From NCBI GenBank assembly GCA_020137815.1, contig CM035354.1, forward strand, positions 6,324,001-6,388,000: DNA of 64,000 bases, read 5' to 3'. This DNA is from Hormiphora californensis (Eukaryota; Animalia; Ctenophora). The notes beneath the pieces are model-generated. The model worked only from the letters and a program-made list of their open reading frames with translations. It was not told the origin of the DNA and searched no databases. Positions within the stretch are counted from its first letter, which is position 1, and every line of letters begins with the position of its first letter. Below, piece by piece: positions 13,196-24,821 of this stretch. The position numbers and the translations under genes are program-made.

Positions 13196-13696
13196 TCAGC
13201 AGCTTCTGTGAGAATTTTCCATCTGCCACTGATTAAAATCACCGTAGAGACCTGTTTTTGACACCAGTTCAGAGAGATAATCCGCGAATTCATCCAGGAA
13301 CTTCGCCTCAGTAAACCGAGCTTTACCCGTATAGGGGGGTCTGTAAATGTTACATAACCGAGTGAGATCAGCACCGTCCCCAATTAAAACCTCCTGTATC
13401 TGAAAAGACACAAAATTCCGAACAGGTGACAGCCTGACCTTCACTCCATCCCGGTAGAGAATACCAATTCCTCCTCCCGCTCTTTCCGCTCTTGGTGATG
13501 AAAAGATATTCCAGCCATAATCTCGTATCTCCTGAAGTTTAGCTGTATCCGTATTCTTTAGGTATGTTTCCTGAATTAGACATATATCACATTTCTTATC
13601 CTCAAGATGTGTAATGACCCCAGACGTTTTGTTCTGAATGGAGTGTACATTTAATGTACCGATCCTCCACGTCTCTTTACTTTCAGATCTTCCCAC
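13196..13696 (-). CDS. LINE ORF2 N-terminal APE endonuclease (frameshifted downstream)
   Basis: TLNVHSI, DICLIQET, GGGIGILYR, NIYRPP, GDFN. Confidence 0.88.
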   Translation of the reverse strand: MGRSESKETWRIGTLNVHSIQNKTSGVITHLEDKKCDICLIQETYLKNTDTAKLQEIRDYGWNIFSSPRAERAGGGIGILYRDGVKVRLSPVRNFVSFQIQEVLIGDGADLTRLCNIYRPPYTGKARFTEAKFLDEFADYLSELVSKTGLYGDFNQWQMENSHRSC

Positions 13697-14994
13697 GCCC
13701 TCGTCAGATAGGAGTTTTTTCGCTCCTTTGTGACTCCACTTGTGTTCTCCATGAGTCGTCCTCTAGCATTCACATAATGCGGACACAAGTTGCTTGATGC
13801 TGGGTGAGATTTCGCATATCTCTTATCCTCTTTGCTACCTCCAACATCACAGTTGACACACTTCATTCTACCAAGATCATTGTCCTTCTTCGCATTACAC
13901 TGTCTGGTGTCATGGTCCCCTGAACAGAATGCACAGGTGGGACTCTTATCTTTGTTAGGACAGTAAACGGATCCTGCAACATGTCCATATCGCTGACAAT
14001 GGAAGCATTGTGTCACATAGAATCTGTCCTTCACAATATGCTGTCGTAGTTTCAGGAAAATCCTGTCTCGGTTGTTGGCAATCATTGTCCGAATTTCGGG
14101 TGCAACCTTGATCACTGCATACTTCCCTGGGATATTGACGTGTACAACATTGATCGCCTGCCCCGCCTGATGTAGCCTCTTAATTCCCTCATTTTTATCA
14201 CTAAGGATGGCATCCATCAGCGCATCCTTGTTCAATAGATCCTGGTCAAGATCAGAAATCATCAGTCGAGGGTCTCTCTTCTTCTGTTTCTCAACTACCG
14301 GAGTGACATCCAGAAAGGGTGATAGAGCCTTCTCTGCCTCCTTCAGATCATCATCAGTCTCAAAGAACAATTGAGTGTGCTTCCTATTCACGGAAGTATC
14401 AAGAACAGGAATGTTCTTCAACGCCTTCTCCACTTTCGATCTCACCACAGTGGTCCATTTCTCCTCACACATAGGGGTCGCTCCTTCATCACTTGTGTCT
14501 TTGATATTTACATACCGCTTGACAGGGGTTGGTGGTGATGGTTTCTTAGCCAGGTGATCTATACTTCGACTGGTACCACTTCCATTCTCCTCTTGGCTAA
14601 CTTTCAATATTTCACTCACTTTTGGGGCTACAAGTCCAGGGAGGCTATCAATCAGGTCTTGTTTCAGTTTCGAGAAACTGTCCTTCAGGTCATCACACGA
14701 GAACGAGACTCCAGACTCAGAAGATAGGGTTGCACACCGAGATGTGTCAGGAAGCATGTTGTAGCACATAACAATCATTCTCCATAGGTGTTCTCTGGTA
14801 GGTCCATCCGGCGGGGTCATTCTTCCCTCTTCCAGGCACTTCACCACTGTACTGCCTTTACATCTGTCAGAGAAACTCGTGCCAAGTAACTCACCTTCAT
14901 AATCTTTCTTCGTTCGTGTCATTCCATTTCCATACTGGGGTGCCACACCCGACATTCTATCCTGTAACAGTGACGCGAGGGACCGCTCCACCAA
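13651..14994 (-). CDS. LINE ORF1 (gag-like, zinc knuckles)
   Basis: CFHCQRYGH..C, CAFCSGDHDTRQC, CVNC...HPASSNLCP. Confidence 0.88.
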   Translation of the reverse strand: MVERSLASLLQDRMSGVAPQYGNGMTRTKKDYEGELLGTSFSDRCKGSTVVKCLEEGRMTPPDGPTREHLWRMIVMCYNMLPDTSRCATLSSESGVSFSCDDLKDSFSKLKQDLIDSLPGLVAPKVSEILKVSQEENGSGTSRSIDHLAKKPSPPTPVKRYVNIKDTSDEGATPMCEEKWTTVVRSKVEKALKNIPVLDTSVNRKHTQLFFETDDDLKEAEKALSPFLDVTPVVEKQKKRDPRLMISDLDQDLLNKDALMDAILSDKNEGIKRLHQAGQAINVVHVNIPGKYAVIKVAPEIRTMIANNRDRIFLKLRQHIVKDRFYVTQCFHCQRYGHVAGSVYCPNKDKSPTCAFCSGDHDTRQCNAKKDNDLGRMKCVNCDVGGSKEDKRYAKSHPASSNLCPHYVNARGRLMENTSGVTKERKNSYLTRAWEDLKVKRRGGSVH

Positions 14995-15228
14995 GATTTG
15001 GCTTCCCGGATTTGACTCAACGAGGTCTCCTAAGGCTTGCTCAATGTAGAGGGAGACAGGAACACCAGACTTGTCTTGTCTTTAATAAAGAGATGGATTG
15101 AGCAGAGCTCTCAGAAGATTAACGAGGAGTAATTGAACGGAACCTCAAATTAATTTGTTTAAAGTAGTGTTGAAAAGTTTGAAACAAAACACACCTTCTA
15201 ACCAACCACGTTACTCTAGCTACCAATC

Positions 15229-15732
15229 ATGGGTGACACCGAGAATGAATCTGGCCGTGTTGTAGCCACGGATTATGTTAAGTTGGTCAGTAACGATGAC
15301 CATGAATTCATCCTGAAACGTTCCCATGCCCTGACCTCCGGAACAATCAAAGCCATGCTTAGTGCTCCCTCCAGCTTCAACAGCAACGAAATGAGCAAGG
15401 TAATTAATTAATTGGGAAATTGGACACAACATTTCTTACGAGGTTCGTTTCTCATTTCTCAAACCCCTCTGCTAAGCCTCCACGCCAAATACTCGTCTCT
15501 GTTTTGTTTTCTCGTGTTAATTCTCTATTGTCAAATGTCCCTTATATATCACACCACCCCCTCTTTCCAGGTCCAGTTCCGAGAGATCCCCTCACACGTA
15601 CTATGCAAGGTGTGCATGTATTTCGCCTACAAGAACAGATACACGAATAGCACCAGTGAAATCCCTGAATTCCCTATTGAACCCGAGATCGCCCTGGAAC
15701 TGCTGATGGCAGCTAACTTCCTTGATTGCTAA
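15229..15732 (+). CDS. ELOC: Elongin C (exons 15229-15399, 15571-15732)
   Basis: [25 protein letters not shown] | [33 protein letters not shown]; canonical phase-0 GT-AG intron. Confidence 0.97.
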
Positions 15733-16191
15733 AATAGCCAGATATTATGGGACTGAGTTCTGATGTTTGTTGACATTTGGCGTCTGTCGAGTGAGAAAAA
15801 GTAAAATGTTATTTGTTGAGCGCTTTGAAATGCGAGAAGTGTGTGAGTTGAGCTGAGCGCGAGATCCGAATGAGTTTTTTCTGCAAAGACGTCAGATGTT
15901 TTGGCGCGAGATGCCGCGCAGCGTTACATTCCCGTTGCTATGATGTGAAGGGGCAGCAAGTGGGGCAAGGGCCGCTATGAATCTGATAGTGTGGTGTGAT
16001 GTCTGGCTACTTCTATAGCTACCTGTCTTGTTAAGGAAGCTGCTACAAGATATGATGTTCATACTACTACTCAATTCTTTCTCGTGAAGTGGCCGCTGTT
16101 TTAATGTTTCATATGTATCACACCCTCTCTTTCCCCCGTCTCCCTCTCTATCTAACAACTCAAGATAACTCTACCCCTCTCTCTTTGTCTC

Positions 16192-16266
<75 letters not shown>

Positions 16267-16302
16267 GTTAAGCTATAACCCCCTGTTATTTACCATTTAG
16301 TT

Positions 16303-18281
16303 ATGGACCAGTGTAAAACGGTAGAGGACTTGACAGTGTTTCTGGACAGAAAGAATAAGGCCCTTAAAGTTGGAGCTAGTATAGCCTGCCAAGGTCAGCC
16401 CCGCCCCACCCCTGACTATAAAGCTAGATACAGTGTCTTTACCACAGTAAATTATTCTTTATCCCAACTTCCAGTATACTATATTAACTTGTTGAGTAAC
16501 AGATTGTATCCTTTAGCATCAGATATAGAGGATCTATCGGAAGGGGAGAAGGAATGTTTGACAGGGCTGTATAGAGACTTTGGAACAATTCCCAAACTCC
16601 TGACAAGAGTTGAAAATTTGAGGGATAAACTTCGTCATGAGGTGGCCTGTAAAAAGGTAAGAAAAACAGAAACGATCTTTAGTTTCTATCCACTTTTTAT
16701 TGTAGAAAACCATTTTCGTGTACCTACAGCTCCGATATGTGCACTTTGAACTTCTCCCAGCTTGAATCAGTTCCACCGGGAGTGGGGGTCTCGCACGAAA
16801 CATTCTAAACAAAGCAACACCAATGACAGGTAACCCTGGAGCGATTGAAGATTCTGAAGGAGCAGGTTGATGAACAGAAAGAGAACCAGCCACGTTTCCT
16901 GCCCACCTCTGCCTCCACGGCCAACACACCATCACCCGCTACTAGTTCAGAGGAGCCGAGGAAGAAGAGTGTGTGCTTTGAGGAGCCAGCCCCACCAGGA
17001 TCAATCAAAAAGTAAGGGGTGGAGTAATAGACTACCGTGCAGGCTGTCTTTCACGCGTTCAAACGCCTCGACTGGCTAGATACTTCTCATATATTTGTTA
17101 CAGAGCCCCAAAATAATACAACACACACTCTCAGGACTGCCTCAAAGAAAGGAAATAGGTTTCCGGGAACAATAGTTAAACCAAGTGCTAAGAAGAAACC
17201 CAAACAAACGATTGTTCCAAAAATAGAGTACCTTAACATGGATGAATATGGCTCCGTACCAAGGTATTAACTTCCTATGCCCGTCCATTAACAGTTGTAT
17301 CTTTATCCCTCTGGCAGTGGTCAGATAACATCAATATTGAGGTTTTCTAGATTAGCCGCCCTTCCCCCAGTCTTGTATCACATATTATCTGTCTATTTAG
17401 AGTTCTCTATCTTTTTTGTGTCAGCAAACTATTACTGGAGAATAGAGGTAGTAGAACAGTCTATTTGCATTGAAGTCGCCCCTTCGGTGGCTCCCGGCTG
17501 TGATCGTATAGTGGTTAGTACCTTGCGTTGTGGCCGCAATAACCCAGGTTCGAATCCTGGTCACAGCACTTTTTGTCAAACTTTTCTGTAAGCCGGAAAT
17601 ACTTTTTTTGTGCCCCAAACCCGATTATATAAGCGCACTGTCGCGTAAAAACAAATAATAATACCCAATAACGTTAGTTAACACTTGTTTGTCTTCACTG
17701 GTTCTTCACTTCCATCAATTATTAACCTTTCTTTTTTTCTCTTCAGGATACATGCTGGGAAGAGTGAAGTACGAGCAAATTAATGGTTTGATTGACGAGT
17801 TGAATGCACTGACAGGACGGCGGTATAAAATATTAGATACCCCATCCAACAAACAGAGCTCAGAGAATATGAAACGATTCTCGGTACGTGGTTAATATGA
17901 GAAGTCATGTGACCCTCCTGCTGCTCATTTTGTAGGGCGATTTGTAAACAAAGAACTATTCCCCCTTAAATCTTAATTAAACTATTCCCCTCAATAACTA
18001 TTTCCCCTCAATTAAACTATTTCCCCTCAATTAAACTATTTCCCCTCAATAACTATTTTCCCCTCAATTAAACTATTTTCCCCTCTCTTCAGAGAATGAC
18101 AGAGGAGCCAGAAACAAAGGAAACGAAGGACGCGTTTTGGTTTGATTCAGAGGATCTCAAGGAACTGGCGCCTAGTTTGAAGATAACAGAATTTAACAAG
18201 ATTCTCCCCATATTGAGGCACTGCCAGAGGCTCCGACAAGTTAGAGTTGGCAAGAAGGAACGCTATATTTTACTGATCTAG
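16303..18281 (+). CDS. SKA1: Spindle and kinetochore-associated protein 1-like (about 6 exons)
   Basis: The C-terminal exons join to EYLNMDEYGSVPRYMLGRVKYEQINGLID...ETKETKDAFWFDSEDLK...ILPILRHCQRLRQVR...RYIL, matching the SKA1 microtubule-binding domain. Confidence 0.85.
17497..17568 (+). tRNA. tRNA-His (GTG), inside a SKA1 intron
   Basis: GCTGTGA/TCACAGC acceptor stem, D arm, TTGCG-TTGTGGC-CGCAA anticodon arm, CCAGG-TTCGAAT-CCTGG T arm, T5 terminator at 17570-17574. Confidence 0.96.
17953..18085. repeat. Intronic minisatellite (AACTATTTCCCCTCAATTA-like)
   Basis: About 7 degenerate 17-21-bp copies. Confidence 0.85.
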
Positions 18282-18744
18282 GGGAATAATCATAATGTTC
18301 TGAGTTTTGAACTCAAGCTGTCTCAGTCTGGCAGCGCCAGACAGGACTCAAGAGACTTTTCTGATTCTGATTTATACTGCAATATTTTGCCCCTATTTGT
18401 GTGGTGGAGGGGAACGTTCAGGCGTCATTTCAAAATTCAAAACTGTCTGGCACGTGTACTGTGTAGAAAAGATATGAATGACCGAGATGAGATACAGAGA
18501 TATAAATTATGAGTGCATGTTTTTAACTTTATATGACCTACCTATTTATATTGTACTTTTTACCTTGAAATTTGTGCAGCCATTTAGCTTGCAATATTAT
18601 GAAATCTGTGGGTTTTAAAGTCTCTCGTGTACAACTAACCATTCAAGTGAAATACGGAGCGCACATCTTCACACATCGCACATCTTCACCCCTAAGCATT
18701 GACCCTTTTCCCATTTCTTTCAATGACATGAGCGGTCAGAGAAT

Positions 18745-19619
18745 TGGTCTGACAGTGTCAGACCAATTCTCTGACCGTGTCAGTGACACCCTGATCAAAC
18801 AGAAATCGATATCCGAACTGTTTGACGGTGCCACACCGATCCCGTTTTGAAAGTGTGCTTTCCCCTTGTTGAGTAAGGGGGAAGAGTCACACTCTTCCCC
18901 CTTACTCAACAACTTTCCCCTGGTATGGCCCCTTACTCAACATCTGTCCCCGGTAATGTGCTGTCTTGCGGAGCCAGACCCTGTTTGATTCTCAGATTGG
19001 GTCGGCGGGTAATGTGAATGACCGCATAGCTTCATGTCATTGACCCGGTCAATCAATGACTCAATGACCGTGGCAGCTGTCAGGCCAATGCTCTGCTGTC
19101 AGAGAGCTGTGGTCGGAGCATTGGCCTGACAAATGTTCTGGCAGTCTGGCACCGCATGACGAGATCGGCCTTGGCACTGTCAGAGCATTTAATTGGCCTG
19201 ACCCATTCTCGCGCGAGAACTGTGGTCAGAGCATTGGCCTGACAGCCTGGGCAGCAATATGTCTATTGTCTGGCGGCGCCGACCCGATCTGAGTGATCTG
19301 AGAATCGAAACCGGGTCTGAAGGCCTCCCTTGCACCTTGGGAATTCAGCCAGTGATCTGCACGCTCGTCTCTGAGAGATCTCGCAGAGACGTGTGCACAG
19401 ATCTCCCAGTGACATCCCAAGGTGTAAGGGAGGCCGTGACGCCGCCAGCCATAGTGCTACAGTCTACACAGCACCTCCGAACCAAACCTCCACCGAACCA
19501 GGCCAAAGCATAGGACCACAAGGAGAGGGTGCCATGTACAATTTCCGTAACTTTTGTACGTTTCAATGGTGCTCAGTCATATTTGCCTCATGCAATCTGT
19601 CAGGCCAATGCTCTGACAG
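18745..19619. repeat. Cluster of short CTGTC...GACAG palindromic repeats (two families)
   Basis: GTCAGGCCAATGCTCTGAC copies at 19077-19131, 19177-19245 and 19597-19619; a TGTCTGGCGGCGCCGACCC copy at ~19267. Confidence 0.8.
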
Positions 19620-20234
19620 CATGCAAAAATCGTTTTCTACGACATTGTTTCATGACACCCTCTTTCTTAAAAACAAGTAAAACGAGAAGGTTTTGCAGCA
19701 AAGTTTTATTAAAAATTGTGCACACTTAAGGATACTTAGCGTAAAAACATAGAATGCGTCGAACAAAGATAAATATATCATGAAAACTGAATACCACATG
19801 CTACTAGAACTAATAACCACGTGAGTAGTACCGGAAACAACTTGTCTTTTTAAACACACAACGAAACTGAGAAACACAAAACGAGGTGATCAGTTTAGCA
19901 CACGAACTGTTGGGAAACAAGCTGAGACCATGTTGGCTGTGGTCAAACCGTCACCCATCGATGTGCAACATCAACGTCTATAAACACGTACTGATATATC
20001 TCTTGAAACATACACAGCACGGCAGCGCATATATATTTGCCACTTTATGGGGGCGTGTTGGTATTTCTCTCTCGTTAACAACTAACTCTTCAGTAGGACT
20101 TGCTTTAATTGTAACCTACCATTACTCTGAACAATTTCTCTTCCTCAAACACACATAGACAACAATACTTGGCATCATACTCAAAACTGTTGCGTAGTAC
20201 TTTCACAAAACACTTTCTTAGCTACACGCGTTAA

Positions 20235-22349
20235 GGGTACGCTAACCAAAATTTTTTTTCGAGTGCAGGGAAATCTCTCACCGTAGGGTTGTAGGCCATG
20301 CCAAGGAGACCTCAAATATGCAATTTGAGCTCTCAAGTCGAATTCATATTTTTGCTACATCTGCTTGAAAAATGAACTGAAAATAAGTTTTTGGCATCTT
20401 AAAAATACATTTGTAAAGATAGGATCATAAAAATTTGTGGATTTGAAGAGGACAAAGAGGTGAGTAGCCACAAAAAATTTTTTTGAAATCCGAGCTGATT
20501 TCCGGTCCTGAGATGGATTTCTTTTTTTTGACTTTAACGCCATATTTGGCTTGGTAACGAAGTTACCCCTCCCTTGCCGGCGCGGCGTGCGAAGCACGCC
20601 AAACGAAGGCCGCGAAGCGGCCTGAGTAGGGGTAACAAACCCGCTTTGATTCACTTCAAAAATTAATAGCTCCTCAACCACTCAATGAAAATGCACCAAA
20701 TTTTGGTATTCCCCACCAAATTGTCTGAAAATTATAATTCTGTACTCATATTTAAAAAATTATCCCCGGAACCTTGGTTTTGAAATCAGTTTTAGGTGTT
20801 AATGATGAATAAAATTTTTGAAAAAGTAGGTCAGGTATGCTTAACATCATATCAAAGATCGTGGCAAAGTTTGAAGTTTCTATCTTGAAAGGTCTGGCCA
20901 TCAAAATTAAAAAGGTCTTGAAGTTGAACCATTTGTACAAAACATGTTGTAACTCAGCTTCTACTTTGCCAAATTAAACCTGGTTTGAAACACTGAACTG
21001 CTAATCTATCCCTCCGAATACGGACGAAGTTTGAAACCGCCAGCTCTATTGGACGCTCTGCAATACTTGTTTGTGTCAAAGAAATCAGGAAAGTAACGAG
21101 ATTTGGTCTCGGTGTGGCCCTGTGCGCGGCTCAAACCCCTTAGCTAGAACTATGTAGTGTAGACTACAACTTTTCAGTGCTCAGTATAACGTTTTGGGCG
21201 CGCTATAAAAATAGGGCAAGCCCTTCTGATACCTCTAAACAGAGTGTGAGGTGTCTTCGATACCAAATATTTGGCCAAGTTCCGAAAATATGTGAAAGCT
21301 GTAAATTGGTCAAAAGTAGCGTCTAACGATTCTCTATATGGCCATAAATTTTGGGCGCGTCCTTATTTGAGGTGTGTCGTACAGAGTTATTTTTCTGAAA
21401 ATCGTCATTTCAGAAATAAATAAATTCCCTGTATCTCAATAACGGCTGATCGTAGAGACCTGAGACTATGCTTAAACGATTCAGAAGGTCCGATTTTAGG
21501 GGGGTCTTCTGAGAGACATTTTGCTCCTACTTCAACCGTTTTTGCTGTAATTGCGAAAAACAAATTCTATGAAAAGGGCAAAAGCTAAACTCCAATATCC
21601 TGTAATTAGGGAATTTTAGCTAAGGAAGGACCGAAACTATGGAAAAATATGTAACAAGCTAATTCCTTCACTATTTGGTCCATATGGGTCCCTATAATCA
21701 CCAAATACAAAATCACAAAAAATCCACGATGGCGAAGATGGGTTTTTGTTTTTCGCAATTACAGCAAAAACGGTTGAAGTAGGAGCAAAATGTCTCTCAG
21801 AAGACCCCCCTAAAATCGGACCTTCTGAATCGTTTAAGCATAGTCTCAGGTCTCTACGATCAGCCGTTTTTGAGATACAGGGAATTTATTTATTTCTGAA
21901 ATGACGACTTTCAGAAAAATAACTCTGTACGACACACCTCAAATAAGGACGCGCCCAAAATTTATGGCCATATAGAGAATCGTTAGACGCTACTTTTGAC
22001 CAATTTACAGCTTTCACATATTTTCGGAACTTGGCCAAATATGGCGTTAAAGTCAAAAAAAAGAAATCCATCTCAGGACCGGAAATCAGCTCGGATTTCA
22101 AAAAATTTTTTTGTGGCTACTCACCTCTTTGTCCTCTTCAAATCCACAAATTTTTATGATCCTATCTTTACAAATGTATTTTTAAGATGCCAAAAACTTA
22201 TTTTCAGTTCATTTTTCAAGCAGATGTAGCAAAAATATGAATTCGACTTGAGAGCTCAAATTGCATATTTGAGGTCTCCTTGGCATGGCCTACAACCCTA
22301 CGGTGAGAGATTTCCCTGCACTCGAAAAAAAATTTTGGTTAGCGTACCC
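20235..22349. mobile_element. Non-autonomous Kolobok-like DNA transposon with ~315-bp TIRs and an internal inverted duplication
   Basis: ttaa|GGGTACGCTAACC...GGTTAGCGTACCC|ttaa (TTAA TSD, RR..YY ends); second inverted pair at ~21268-21563 / ~21744-22041. Confidence 0.88.
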
Positions 22350-22663
22350 TTAATACTCTAAAAACACTCATTCTTATAATTATACGATGATTGATATATT
22401 GAGAAAACTAATATTTTATATATTGTAAACTAAAAACATATACACGAAAGAGAGATTGTACTAATATTACTATCATATTCGATAATATATTCTACACAAA
22501 TTCTTCTACAAAGCAACACGTAAAAACAGGAACTAGAGATATGTAATACCGAACCAATTGTATCGTGGTTGTATTGGGAATACTATGCACTCATTAACTC
22601 TGCTTTTGTAAGACACATTAAACATTAACAAACATCCTTAACACGAACTGATGATTAACAATA

Positions 22664-22728
22664 CCGTCAGACCTCGATTTATCGGGCTCCTCGGGAGGGG
22701 TTTCGCACGGTAAATCGAGGTTTGACGG
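22664..22728. mobile_element. 65-bp micro-MITE, TA TSD (pogo/Tc1-like)
   Basis: ta|CCGTCAGACCTCGATTTATCG...CGGTAAATCGAGGTTTGACGG|ta. Confidence 0.75.
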
Positions 22729-23538
22729 TAACACATACTCAAAAGTTACAGCATAGTGAATTGTCTGAAAAAATAGAGCTCAATGTATCATGTGTGTGGG
22801 TACTGGTAGGTGAAAAACACTAACAAAAGCGATAATCAAAAATGTGGGAGAGGGATGAAGAGAAAATACATAGTGGGGTGATATTGCATAATCATTTGAA
22901 GCTAAATAAATTAGGTTTTAAATTAAATGGGGCCGATATGTAATCATTTCATTATCATTTATCAAAAGTACTGCACTCTGCACCAATAAAACGCAGAGTG
23001 AATTACACTGGTAGAACTAATTAATTATATATCATTATTGCTGTGATAGTAACAAAAGATCTGTTACTATAGAAAGATGCATATATATTATATATATTGT
23101 CAATGAAGGATGTTAATAAAAATTTTAAAACTACAAAAACGCTAAAGTTTTAAAAACATGCTTCACAGTTGCTAATAATAAATACTAATTCGGAAAACTT
23201 AACTTACACCACGAAAAATAGTAACCTGGAATGAGAGATTCTGAAGCGAGATATTATACGAATATATCACCACTGCAAAAGTTTCACACACACCATCATA
23301 TATATCACAACCAATTGCAGATATCATATCTGCCACTTATTTCCACTACAAGCAATACACCGCATGACCGATATAATAATTAGCGGCGGAGTGAGAGATA
23401 GGAACAGAGGGGCTGTTTTAATCTCCCCTCTCTTCCTCTCTCTCTCTCTCTCTCTCTTTTTCTTGAACACACATATATGGAAAACACAAATTAGAAGGAG
23501 CGTGCAGCACGAGAATATAGAGTCCGGAGGTGGAGGGT

Positions 23539-24757
23539 TTACTTGTTGTTGTGATTCATCTGGAGCTGAGACACCATCGTGTAGAGATTAGATCGGATTT
23601 GTTTGGTATTCCGGGAGTACAACTCAAGGGCAGATATCAACTTGCGGACTGGGGGAGAGAATGTCAGAAACACGTTGAATTTAGTTTTCCCAATGATTAT
23701 TGACTGATAATCTCACCCAAAGCTAAGCTAGTAACGAGGGGCTGTCTTGTCCTATCCCTCCGGAGAGAGAGGGTCGAACAAGGCAATCGAGGGGGGTGGT
23801 AACAACTTACTGGTGTCATCATTTCCTAGACCATGTACAAGATGAATCTGTCGCCTTAGCTCTACCATTTTCCTGCATGTCTCTGCTAGCGTGTTGATTC
23901 GTCCCAGGATGGCTGCTTTTTGCGTGATAGGTCGCCGTCCAGCCACCTCGATCCCCTCAATAAAGGACTTAATCTGAAGATTGAATTGGTGTCACGTGAG
24001 GACCTCCCTTCTACTACTGCTGCAGTAGTCTACATCAAATCAAACATAGTGTGTTCAGACTGTCTCGCGACAAACAACATACCATAGAGTGGGTGGAATC
24101 AGTGTTTTGGATCAACAAGTCCAGCTTCACGTGGGATTTAGCTTTAGGGAGCTGGGGTACGGGCTTTTGGAAATCCTTCAACAGTTTGGTGGCAATGAAC
24201 TCGTACTGAAAAAGATATGTTGGTTATTTTGCATGTAGTAGAATAGAGGGTGGGCCTCACTGCCAAAAAGGGGGGGGGGTTCAAATGATTCTCGAGACAT
24301 GACCTCATTTCCGCGGGAGCCGTCCAACCTCTCCAGACATCATGGTCAGAGTTTTGGGTGTGCACGTGGGCGCGCAGTCAAATGTAGACAGCGCTGTACT
24401 TTCAGTGCGCGCGGCCCTCCCAGATGCACGTTTTACGGACAAAGGAGGGCAAGTTTTGAGAAAGAGGGAGAGTGCGATCCTGAATGATTCTTTTTTGCTT
24501 TTCTCTCTGCGAAAATTTAGAACTCGATTGGGGAGGAAGTGTTTAAAGATGGTTACAGAGTTGTGGAGGGAGTCTCACCTTCTTTTCCTCTCGGTTCAAC
24601 TGCAGCAACTCACTCCAGCAGGATTCAATGGTGGATAGGAGAATCTTACTATCTGGGGTCATCTGATGGGAGGGAGATCGTGAGATTTAAATATCCCGCT
24701 GTTCGATCAGTTTCAAACAGTTTTCTACTTTCTCATTTGAGTGAGAGACAGAGGGGA

Positions 24758-24821
<64 letters not shown>

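Larger units (their letters stand above)
10630..15190 (-). mobile_element. CR1/L2-like non-LTR retrotransposon (ORF1, APE endonuclease, degraded RT)
   Basis: ORF1 with Cys/His knuckles; overlapping ORF2 with an APE domain; RT-like remnants near 11.9-12.2 kb. The 3' boundary is approximate. Confidence 0.85.

Noticed and set aside
19175-19183. CACTGTC ends as RSS/Transib heptamers
   Set aside because: The leading CA is present in only some copies, and no nonamer or 5-bp TSD is seen.
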